In this document: positions 10,574 to 31,860 of the stretch, piece after piece | How the letters are laid out: each line of letters begins with the position of its first letter | Position numbering within the stretch: the stretch's first letter is position 1 | Source: Piromyces finnis finn | Taxonomy: Eukaryota > Fungi > Neocallimastigomycota | Length of the DNA stretch: 64,000 nt | Assembly: GCA_002104945.1 (NCBI GenBank) | Contig: MCFH01000015.1 | Coordinates: 1-64,000, forward strand | Direction: 5' to 3' | Program-made: the position numbers and the translations under genes | The notes under the pieces: generated by a model | What the model was told of the DNA's origin: nothing | The model's input: the letters and a program-made list of their open reading frames with translations, nothing else | Database searches by the model: none

Positions 10574-12910
10574 TTATAAACTAATTATTGCAGATTTTTC
10601 AATTACTGATTGTCTATTTTCTATTGCTGTAATTTTTCTATTTGGATTATAATTATTTATTGATGAATTATTCAAACCATTACCATTACATCCTTTATCC
10701 TGTTTTTTTAGATTATCCATTATTTTTTCCATCATCTTTATTAAATCGCCATAATTAGATTTTTTAGCTATATCATAAGGTGATAATCCTTTAGAATCTT
10801 TTAATCCCGGGTTAATATTTTTATTTTTTAATAATAGTTTTGCTGAATCAAAACATTTCTTTTCCAATGCAATGAAAAGTGCTGTTCTACCTTTTCTGTC
10901 TCTTATATTAACGTCAATATCTTTTCGTTTAAGTAAGACTTTTATACATTTTACATCTTTGATAGCTAACATGAGTGGCGTTTTTCTAATATTATTATAT
11001 TTATTTACATCGGTTTTTTTTTGTTTAATTAGCATCTTGATAATATTAACGTTTCGGTGAATGGCAGCAAATATTAATGCTGTATTTTTATATTTATCTT
11101 GCTTATTTAAATCAATATTTTTAATTTTTAATAGTTGCTTTACAGCGGATAACATATTCTTTTCACATGCTACAATTAACGGTGTACGCAATTCGTTATC
11201 AGAAACGTTTACATCAATTTTTTTATCTTTCAATAAAAATTTTAATTTATTCATATTGTTATTAGAGTTTAATTTTATATATGCGAGAAGTGGGGTATCT
11301 CCTGTATTATCTACTGTATTGATTTGAATGCTATTTTGTTGTAAGAGAAGTTGCATTATTTTATACATATTCTTTTCTATAGAATACATTAATGCTGTTT
11401 TATTTTCATTATTGAGAATATTAATATTTATATTCGGCATTTCTAAAAGTGTTTTGACTACTTTCATATTTCCTTTTTTGGCTGATAACATAAGGGCTGA
11501 ATTTCCTTTGTTATCTACTGCATTAATATCTAAATTCGGTCTTTCCAATAATTTAAATATAATTTCATTACAATCTTTAAATATAGCATACATGAGTGCC
11601 GTAATTTTATTATTATTACTGGCGTTAATATCAATGCTATTCATATTCAGTAACATGTCGGCAATATCTATGAATTTCTTATCGGTAGCAATAATTAATG
11701 AGGTATTTCCAAAAGTATTTTTAATATTTACATCTACTTTATACTCTTCTATTAGTCGTTTCATTGTGGTGATATCTTTGTGAATGGCAGATAAAAGTAA
11801 TGGAGAATTACCGTATTTATCACAAATATTAACATCTATTCCAGGATATTTTAATAATTTATCTGTAACTGTTCGATTTTTCTTTTTAATCGCCCAAATT
11901 AATGCTGATCGATTATTGGAATCTGTTAAATTTATATTTTTTACTTGACTATTATTAAGTATATAATTATAGGTTTCTTTATCCCCATAACATATAGCCC
12001 AAATTAAAAATGTTGTTCTCAGTCCTCCTTTATAAGTATAGGAATCAAGCATTCTATCAAGTAATATATTAAAAATATTTTTATCATCACAATCATGTGC
12101 ATTTTTAATTGGGATATGTTTATTGGAATCATAAACGTATAAATCAATTTCAGGATATGAAATTAAAAATTTAATTAATTCTTCATTTTTATTATTAATT
12201 GGAATGTCAAATATAGTTTTTCCATCATAGGTATTAAATTTAACATATAAATCTCTATCTAATATTTCTTTTATTCTTGGAATATTACTGTTTCGACAGG
12301 CATCAATTAAATTTACTTTATCGACTATAATAGGAAGGCTTTGAAATTTTTGTTTTATACTTGAAATATTATTGACCTTGCTATAATCTAAAAATTTAAT
12401 TAGTATTTGAAAAATTATATTATATTGATTAATTAAAATGAGATATTCATTTTTATATTTCACCATTTGTTTATAACCGTCTTTATTTATTACTCTTAGT
12501 TTTTTTGGAATGATAACAAATGATATTACATAATCATTAAGAAGTTCTGGAAAATGTGTAAAAAAATCATTATTATTTAAATCTGCAATAGCTAAAGATA
12601 ATAAAGCATCTCTTTTCTTAACTTCCTTGGTTATATATTCCTTTAAATCTATAAATATATCAATAATCTTTTCTGCAATATTTTCAAATTTTAATAGAAA
12701 GGGATCTTGTAATAATTTTGTTATTGTTTTGTAGTAATAATTATTCTTATCATATATACAATCTAATTTTTTGATTTTTGACATCATTTGATTAAACATA
12801 TCAAGCAATGCAGGATTTTGGGACAATGCCGATTCTATATCATTGTACATGACTTTTTTGGATTTAATATATATTTCATCTTCAAAATCAAAAAACTTTG
12901 ACAACTCCAT
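10574..12910 (-). CDS. Intronless ankyrin-repeat protein (778 aa): about 200-aa helical N-terminus followed by roughly 15 ANK repeats
   Basis: Recurrent G/N-x-T/S-A/P-L-x-x-A...D-V/I-N units, e.g. GNSPLLLSA, GNTSLIIA, GNSALMLSA, GRTALFIA. Confidence 0.9.
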   Translation of the reverse strand: MELSKFFDFEDEIYIKSKKVMYNDIESALSQNPALLDMFNQMMSKIKKLDCIYDKNNYYYKTITKLLQDPFLLKFENIAEKIIDIFIDLKEYITKEVKKRDALLSLAIADLNNNDFFTHFPELLNDYVISFVIIPKKLRVINKDGYKQMVKYKNEYLILINQYNIIFQILIKFLDYSKVNNISSIKQKFQSLPIIVDKVNLIDACRNSNIPRIKEILDRDLYVKFNTYDGKTIFDIPINNKNEELIKFLISYPEIDLYVYDSNKHIPIKNAHDCDDKNIFNILLDRMLDSYTYKGGLRTTFLIWAICYGDKETYNYILNNSQVKNINLTDSNNRSALIWAIKKKNRTVTDKLLKYPGIDVNICDKYGNSPLLLSAIHKDITTMKRLIEEYKVDVNIKNTFGNTSLIIATDKKFIDIADMLLNMNSIDINASNNNKITALMYAIFKDCNEIIFKLLERPNLDINAVDNKGNSALMLSAKKGNMKVVKTLLEMPNININILNNENKTALMYSIEKNMYKIMQLLLQQNSIQINTVDNTGDTPLLAYIKLNSNNNMNKLKFLLKDKKIDVNVSDNELRTPLIVACEKNMLSAVKQLLKIKNIDLNKQDKYKNTALIFAAIHRNVNIIKMLIKQKKTDVNKYNNIRKTPLMLAIKDVKCIKVLLKRKDIDVNIRDRKGRTALFIALEKKCFDSAKLLLKNKNINPGLKDSKGLSPYDIAKKSNYGDLIKMMEKIMDNLKKQDKGCNGNGLNNSSINNYNPNRKITAIENRQSVIEKSAIISL

Positions 12911-15085
12911 GTTATTATTTTCTTTTTTTTTTATAATAATTATAATTATATTATTAAAAAAAATTGTAAATATTATTTATTTTATTAGTAGTTTAATCTA
13001 TTTTATTTGGATCAATCCTTTTTTTTAATCTATTAATCATTATTATATATAATGATTATATATATATTATAATCGTCTTTTCTTCTTTATTTTTATTATA
13101 AATCAATATTATAGAAAAAAAAGAGTTATTTTATTATAAATTATTATATAAAAAGTTAATATTATTTATTAAACTTTATAATATTAATACTATTAAAAAT
13201 ATAAAAAGTAATAATTAAAATCATTATAATTCAATATTATAAAAGTAATTTTAAGATATAAAAATTTAAAATTATCAATAAGATTATAAAAATATTATAG
13301 ATAGTATTTTTAATAAAAATAACTTTGTGAATAAAAAACCTTTTTTTTTTATTTAGCATTATTAATTTTTACAATGAATCTACTTTAATAATATTGGCGA
13401 TAATTCAAAAGTAATTGGTTAAATATAATTTAAGTTGAATTTGATAATTGTATATGAAATTATTTATTTGCAATTCTTTAAATTTATTTATTTTCCTTTT
13501 TAATTCTATTTATTTATTCTTAATATATTATCATTGTTAGTTTATATTTACAATTTGTCTAAAAATATAAAAGAATTAATTTAAAAAATAAAATATTTTA
13601 ACTTTAAAGTTTTTATATAATTCATTTTTTTTTTTTAAAATTTTTAAAAATACATTTTAAAAAGAGTTTTGAATTTATTGGTTAAATTCTATAGTCTTTA
13701 ACAATTATCCTACTGGGACAATTATCCATTATTCACAATTATTAAATATAAAGTTTGTTAAAACATTTCTTTTTCCAACAAATAATTTGAGATCAATAAC
13801 TAGAGGTAAACCATAGTAACAATCAATATTAACAACAATTAATCTAAAAAAAAAAAAAATAAGCAAATTCACATAATTTATTAAGTAGTTAACTTCAACA
13901 ACGAAAGATGATACATACTTCATCATAATTTTAAAAAAGTTTTTTTTTTTTAAATCTTTATTTACCAAATTTATTATCAAAAAATTTTTACATAAAATAT
14001 CATTAGCCATAAATATTTTAATAGAATAATAATAAAAAATAAGGACACTTTGATACATTTATAACTATATATTAATAATGTAGAATGATAATAAAAGAGT
14101 TATTGTAATAATAATATACCCAAAAGTAGAAATACTACTATTACTACTACTAATAAAAATAATAGCATATTTTTTTCTTTAAATATATTATTATTCAAGA
14201 TAATAAATGCCATGAAAATAATAAAATTTAAATAATATTAAAATAATGTAAATTTAGTGGCTTTAAAATTAAAAAATTCATACGTCTGAATGTACCAGAA
14301 TAATTGTACAAAAACTAACCTAACCATCAAACATTTAATTATTTTATTTTTTTCAAAGATTAAACAAGACTTTAATCTTTGAAAAAAATAAAATAATTCG
14401 ATAAAGACTATGGAATTTCAAAAATGCATACAATTGATGGTGGTAGGGTTAACAATATTATTTTATCATGATATTGCTTTTTAAATTCTTATCAAAACTT
14501 TAATTTTTTAAGAAATCTAATAAAAAAAATTCACTATTACTTTTTTTTTTTTTTTTGTAAAATTATTTTATAATTATTATATATAGTTCTTTACAATTTT
14601 TATTTCCTTTAATCTTGTTAACACACAATAATCTTTTTTTTTTTTTTTATTTTCTTTTGCCTTTCATAAAAAATATTAAACAAACTTATTTATTATAACA
14701 TAAAAAAAGTAGACAACTTTTTTTTTAATCTTTGTTTTTTCTAAATTGGTTTATTGAAAAAGTCGAATTGTGATTGGTGGTGAAAATGTTGTCCATACCA
14801 AAGTAAAAAAATGTGAAAGTTTAATTATTAATTAAACTACAAAAAAAAATTTTTTTTAATCATCAATATATATAATTAAATAGAATAATAATAATTAATT
14901 AATACAATAAAATTATTTAATTTAAATAATTTATAAATAAAAGCAATTTTCTTTTTTTTTTTTTTTCTTTTTTCTCTAAGTTTTTTTAAATTCAAAAAGG
15001 TCAATTTTAGATTGATTAATTGATTTTTATTATTATTAAATCTATTTGTACGTCAAAGACAAAAAGGATAAAATAACATATTAAA

Positions 15086-15887
15086 ATGGCTGGAGGTAAA
15101 GGTAAAGCTGATAACTTACATCAAAAGTCTGCTTCAAGATCTTCAAGAGCTGGTCTTCAAGTAATTATTATTATTTTTTTAACAAATATTTAATATATAA
15201 ATATTGATTAAAAGTAGATTGTGAAAGAGTTAATAATTGATCAATTTAAAATAATATTTTATTAATCTTATTAATATATATATATATATACATATATGCA
15301 TATATGCATATATAATTTATATATGAAATTCTAAAAATAATTAAATTTAAAAAAAAAAAAAATAATAGTTCCCAGTTGGTCGTGTTCACAGGTATATATT
15401 TTTTTACCGATTGATATTATAAATTGAAGAATTAAAAGATTTGAAAAAATAATTTATTAACAAAATTGCCTTTTTTATATATTATAAAAGACTTTTAAGA
15501 AAAGGTAACTACGCTCAACGTATTGGTGCCGGTGCTCCAGTTTACTTAGCTGCTGTTTTAGAATATTTAACTGCTGAAATTCTTGAATTAGCTGGTAATG
15601 CTGCTCGTGATAACAAGAAGTCTCGTATTATTCCACGTCACCTTCAATTAGCCATCAGAAATGATGAAGAATTAAACAAGGTTGGTTTAAAAATATATAT
15701 AAAAGAGATAATTTAATTGATTAATAAAAAATTAACTTTTTTTTTTCTTTTCAAATAGCTTTTATCTGATGTTACTATTGCTCAAGGTGGTGTTCTTCCA
15801 AACATTCACAGTGTCTTATTACCACAAAAGTCTAAGAAGGGTATGGACGGAAAGATTACCTCTGGATCTCAAAGCCAAGAATATTAG
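15086..15887 (+). CDS. H2A: Histone H2A (H2A.X-type tail SQEY), 4 exons: 15086-15160, 15369-15391, 15491-15680, 15759-15887
   Basis: Spliced product [118 protein letters not shown]...SGSQSQEY*. All introns GT-AG. Missing from the ORF track. Confidence 0.97.
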
Positions 15888-16520
15888 ATGAATTAACACA
15901 TTTTTACATATAGATTAATTCTATTTTTATTTACATATAATATAACGATTAAACTGTTTTTTTTCTTTTAAATATATAAGATTATATTTTAAAAGAAAGT
16001 TTCAAAACAACTCAAATTTTTTTGACAATTAAAATAAATGTGTAAATATTTATTTAAATTTTTTTAATAAACGTTCTCTATTAGCATATTAAATTTTTAT
16101 TGGGAACTTTATAATTTGTGTGTACATTGGAAGGAGGTGTGTTATAAATAATGTAGTTTCACTATTTAATATAAAATCCTTGATTTTATGTTTATTTTGA
16201 AAGTTTTGTGAATTATGCAAGAGTAGGTTTATTTTTTTTTTATTGCAAGTAAACATGCTTTTATATTATTTGCATTATGAATTTATGGGTAATTAGTAAC
16301 AACATTAAAGTATTTGAGATTTTGGCCAACAGCCGTTGTTAAAAAAGAGGATATTATATAAATTAGGATCTTATTAAATGAATATCAAAGTGCATACAAT
16401 TTTTGCTATTAAAAAATAAAATTATTAAATTTAAAAATATGAAATATATAGTATAAATATTAATAAATATGATGAATATACCAAGAACTTAAAACTATAA
16501 AAATCTAAATTCCTGTGTAG

Positions 16521-16552
<32 letters not shown>

Positions 16553-17169
16553 CATTATGAAAATTAAAAAGATACAAATGAAGTAGTGAGACAGGTTTAG
16601 TTCGTTCTATTGATATGAACTCTGTATTTAATTTATGATATATTTTTGATTCCTAAAAATTTCTACACAAACAGTATAAAGCATGCATTGTGTTATTTTA
16701 TTTTTATTTTATTTTTTAAAAAACTTTTAAAATTTGTTATGAAATACATAATACATTTTTAAGATGAAAATGTTATATATATATATAAACTTTATAATAG
16801 TTTTTAAACCTATGAAATTATAAAAGAAATTTTATTTATTTATTTTTTTTTTTTTTTAAAGAAAATGAAATATATATATATATATATATATTTAATTGTT
16901 TTATATATTTTATGTTTAACAATATTTACTAAGTAAATAAATAAAAAAAAAAAAACTAAAGGAAATAATAAAAATATAAAAATAAAAATTATTATAATGA
17001 TAATGATAATAAATATTATAAAGAATATTCATACTGTCAAAAAAAAAAAAAAAAAAAAAAGTAAATAATAATTAAAAAATTTTCTTTTCTTTCTTTTTTC
17101 TTTCTTTTCTTTTTCTTTCTTTCTTTTTTTTTTATATGATAGAAATCAATGAGTATTTCATTGGGGGGT

Positions 17170-22515
<5,346 letters not shown>

Positions 22516-24704
22516 TTCCTTTTAAAATAAATAAGTAAATTAATTATACATTATTAAAAATAAAAGATAATAATAATAATAATAACAATAATAATAATAA
22601 TAATAAAAAAAAAAAAAAAAAGATTTAGTTGTGGTAAAAATGATTTTTATTTATAAATTATAATATATATTAATTACTATATTCATTAATGAATATATAA
22701 ATATTTATATCCTTTTACCTCTGACATCATTTTTCTGTTAGAATATGAAGTATTTTTAATATTTTTAAATAATTATTTAATAATAGGAATACCAGTAAAT
22801 ATATAAATAAAAAAATAAGAATTAATTTATTAATTATAACTTTATAGTAATTAAAATTATTAAAATTTATAGTATTTTTTTTCTTTTTCTTTTTTATTTT
22901 ATAAATGGTTGATTAGATACGATATTTAAATATAACTTTTTATTATCTGTATAAATCAAAGATAAAAAAAGTATATACTCTCTCTCTCTCTCTTTTTTTT
23001 AATTGTAATTATACTTTATTTCTTATTTTATAAAATTAAAATTAACACATAAAAACTTTTTACTTCATTTTTATTATATAAATAAAACAAACACTATTTA
23101 TTTTTAAATTTAATAGTACTCTATAATTGGCAATTTAATCTGTCAATTTTTGACAAATTTATTGATTTGTGTTAACGAGATTATTTATTTATTTATAATT
23201 TTTTAAGTTACATTTATTATTAGTAAATTATATATTATAAATTATTATTTTTAATCATAATATAATATTTACTGAAGGACTTAATAAATAAATAAAGATA
23301 TGTAAAAGACTTTTATAGTTTCAAGTTATATATATATATTTAATAAAACTCTACTATTTTATGAAAAATATTATTGTATATTTTTTTATTTGTTCCTTTG
23401 TTATATACCTATTATTATTACTGATAAAGACTTTTTTTGATAGTATTGATTTAAAAAAAAGGTTTTACTTTTGATTAATAATTGTTTTTTTTTATTTTAT
23501 TAATATGATTGTTCGTTGGTATATTATTTAAATTATATATATATTCCTTTCTTTTTTTCTTTCTTTCTTTTATTTCAATTCCTGTATTATAATACTATAT
23601 CTGAATAAAAAAAAAGGTTTTTTTTAATTAGCCAATTTTTTAAAATAAAAATAAAAAAAAAAAGAATGGATAGATGATAAGAAAAAAAAAAATTTTTTTT
23701 TTTGTATTTATTTATCCTAATACATAAATTTCTAGATTTTATGTAATGTACATTTTTTAATTAAAATCTTTTTTTAAGTTTTTTAAGGCATTTAATAATG
23801 AAATATTCTTTTTTTTTTTTTTTTTTTTTTTTACTATTACCTTTTTTATTAACATCCTACTTGCATTATCAATGTATGATTATTAACAAAAAAGTTAATT
23901 TTGGTTATCATAGATTACACTATTCTTTATAATTTATAGTATTTTAGAAAAAAAATCTATAAAGCAAAGTAAAATTACACTTTTAATTTTTATTTTATTG
24001 TAGTTTGTTAAAATGATTATAATAAAAAAATGTAAATTATACATGAGTTTTCTTCTTCTTCTTCTTCTTCTTCTTTATACTATAAACAAGCAATAATGTA
24101 GAAATGTATAAATTTTTATAAAAACAAATTAAAAAAACAAAAAATAAAAACAATTTATATTTTATAATAATAAGCTTTGTAAAATATTAATATATAATTT
24201 TTAATTATAAATTTTGGTTACATTTTTAATTAAAAATTATTAATTATTCATTTAAAGTAAAAGTAAAAAAAACATAAATAAAATTTTTTGTATAATACAT
24301 TTCACATTTTAAAAGTAATTGTGAAATGTGAATTCAATTTAACATTATATATTATTATATATATATATATAACTATACTATAAAATTCATTATTTCTATC
24401 CATTATTTCTATTATTTCTATAATTTTTATTATTATAAAATAAAAACATTTTTTTTATTATTTCAAAGTATTAAAATACAAATTACTGTTAAAAAAAGAG
24501 TTTTGTGAGAAATTTGTAATTAAAATAAAAAATAAACATAAAAAAAGTAATACGTAAAGAATAATAATTAATAATAAACAATTATTATACAATATCTTTT
24601 TTCATTTCAGTGAATATTTTTTTTTTTTAAAGAAATTAGAAGAAGAAAGAAATAAAAAAAATCAATATTAAAGTTTAAAATAATGTTGAAATAAAAACTT
24701 CACT

Positions 24705-28894
<4,190 letters not shown>

Positions 28895-29163
28895 GTTTTT
28901 TTTTTTTTCCTCAAAAATATGAAATGAAATCATAATAATAAGGATAACAATTATAATAAATTATTTTAAATAGTCTTATTTGCAATTTTTTTTTATTTTG
29001 TGTTTTGTTATGGTTTATATATAATAATGGAATATTCTTAATATGGTATTTTTTTTTAATATATTTCTTTTAATAGGAATTATAATTAAATATGGTATTT
29101 ATATATATATATATTTTTAAAAAATATATTTATTTAAATGTTGTTTTTATCTAATTAATTTGC

Positions 29164-29204
<41 letters not shown>

Positions 29205-29312
29205 TCATTTCAATTCTACTTTAAAATATTGAATGAAACATACTATTTTTTTTTTTTTTTGGTATGATTTACTTTTACTTTACTAATTTTTCTAGTTTTT
29301 GATATTTTAAAC

Positions 29313-29990
29313 TTATTTGACAACAATTTTATATTTCTTTTGGAAATCTAATAATTCTTCTTCCTTCTTTTTGTAAGTTTGAACTAATTGACCTATTATA
29401 GTGTTAATCTGCATTTTTTTTATTTTTTTTAATTGGAATGATATCATCAATAACACATATGACAATTGAAAATTTGTTATGTAAAGAAATCAAATTATAT
29501 ACATATAAATAAAAAATAATAATTGTACTATTAGTATAATTATTTTAAATTGATTTGATCTTTAATTTACACAATTTCTTACTCCTTCTAAATTATTTTC
29601 AACAGCTGGTAAAACATCCTTAACAGTACGTTCAACTAAAACACCATGAATTAATCTGAAACATTTTCTATCACCGCTAAGTGGTTTTAAAGTTTGAATA
29701 ACTAATCTATCATATAAAAATTAAACATAAAAATCATTATATATATAATAAGAAAGTAATGTAAATTTAATTTTCTTTTTTTACAAATGTTTATTTTTAT
29801 TTTATTTTAGGTATATATATAAAAAAGAATTTTTTTAACGTTTAATTTCATTATATTAAAATAATATTTACTCATGTTCGTCTTTTTCACTTTCTAATTC
29901 ACCAACTTTGGTAGAAATAGATTGTAATTCTTGTTTTAAACTTTGGAATTTAGCAACAATTTCTTGGTCAGTTAATTTTTTTTCAGACAT
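29313..29990 (-). CDS. GIM4: Prefoldin subunit 2, 3 exons
   Basis: MSEKKLTDQEIVAKFQSLKQELQSISTKVGELESEKDEHE/LVIQTLKPLSGDRKCFRLIHGVLVERTVKDVLPAVENNLEG/INTIIGQLVQTYKKKEEELLDFQKKYKIVVK*. RKCFR..GVLVERTVKDVLP is diagnostic. Missing from the ORF track. Confidence 0.93.
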
Positions 29991-30780
29991 TTCTTTTTAT
30001 AAATTTTATAATTTGTAATGTTTTTATTATATACAAATTAATAGGAGTATATAGAAGAATATAAAAGGTTTTTTTTTTTTTTGTTAATTTACAATAACAA
30101 AGTTATAAAATATTAAAAATTTTAAGTATTATTATTTAGTTTCAAAAAAATGAATCATAAATTTTACCTTTAAATTCTTTATTATATAAAGTAAAGTAAG
30201 CAGTAATTTTTTTTGGTAATATAATTCATATTTAAAATTAATTGTACATTGAATTCAATTGATTGGTCAGAATAATGTATTTGTATTTATCCTTTTTTAT
30301 TCATTAAAACTAATTTATTTTTTTTTTAATATTATGAATTTTTTAAATGAAAAATGGAAATGTAAAAAAAATGATAAAATATAAAGTTTATTTAATATAA
30401 AATAAATTTAATTAATTAATCAAAAAATAATAATTAAAAAAAAAATAATATGAAATAAGTTAAAACTTAAATAAATAATATAAAGGACATAAGTCATAAA
30501 TAAAAAAGAGATAAAAAAAAGTATATTTTCTAGTTATTTAATAATAAAAAAAAAACTTGTCATTTTAACTTTTTTAATTTCTTTATATTAATTTAACATA
30601 TTATATTTGAATTTATTGAATAAAACATTAAAGGAAATAATAGTTTAAGAGTAATAAACCTTAAGAATAGTAAAAATTAACACTGTTCATTTTTGAAGTC
30701 ATTCATTCTATTCATAATTATTATTCTATTTTCTTACATTTTTAAATTTAAATTATTCATTAAAATTTGTCAAATAAATA

Positions 30781-31814
30781 ATGGATGAAGAAGATTATGT
30801 TGAACCATGCAGTATTTGTTTAGAAGATTTAATACCCGAAAATAAAGAAAATGCAGAAAATTTGGGTATTTTATCATGTAACCATAAATTCCATGAAGCA
30901 TGCATTAAATTATGGTCAGAGGTATATATCTTTTTTTTTTTTTTTTTTCTACAATTTTAACGTTAAAAAAAAATTAATATTCTAATTATACTATTTTTAA
31001 AATACCAATTTTATCATGTTATGCATATTATATTAATAAATTAAATTAATTTTAAACACTTTTTTTTATTATTATTATAATTAATAATGTAATTATATTT
31101 AGAAAGCATGTACTTGTCCAATTGATAGAAGTGAATTTAATGAAATAAAAATTTATAATTGTAGAGAAGAGTATCTAAGTACTTTTTCAATTAAGAGTAA
31201 AAATGTAATAAAATTATTCAAATTTATATAAATATTCATAAATAATGATAAATTTTCAATTTATCTAATTATTAATTTCTTTTTAATAAAATTTTTATAG
31301 AAAGAAGCAGAAATTGAAATTGAAGATTTATCATTTTGTATTATTTGTGGAAGTTCTGAACATGAAGAAATAATGCTATTATGTGATATATGTGATGCCC
31401 CATATCATACAAGTAATTAAAATTATTGACATAATTTCACCACCACTCACCTATTCTGTATATAATATTAATAAACTTTATAATATATACACAAATATAG
31501 CTTGTTTAGGATTAAACAGTATTCCTATAGGAAATTGGTATTGCCCAAATTGTGTAAATGAAAACCCTGCTTTAGCTTCATCAATGTTTCAAGATGATGA
31601 ATATGTATATGATTATTCTGATAGTCCTTTAATATTTGAAACAGTTTCATTTATTCAGGAAAGCCCTATAGCCGGAAGAAGAACAAGGAATAGTAATAAC
31701 GAAGGAACTAAAAAGAAATATACGAGAAAAACCCGAGGAAAAAAAGTAACTTCAAGAACAGTTGCTAATTCTAATACTAGAATCAAAGCACCAAGATCAA
31801 TGATAAGGTAATAA

Positions 31815-31860
<46 letters not shown>

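Noticed and set aside
10872-11783. Three + strand ORFs antisense to the ankyrin gene
   Set aside because: Antisense shadows, rich in Ile/Phe/Leu, with no independent evidence.
16400-16700. Possible C/D snoRNA (ATGATGA near 16449) or short TIR pair (GTGTAGAAA/TTTCTACAC)
   Set aside because: No matching CTGA D box or terminal stem; the inverted match is only about 10 bp with no target-site duplication.
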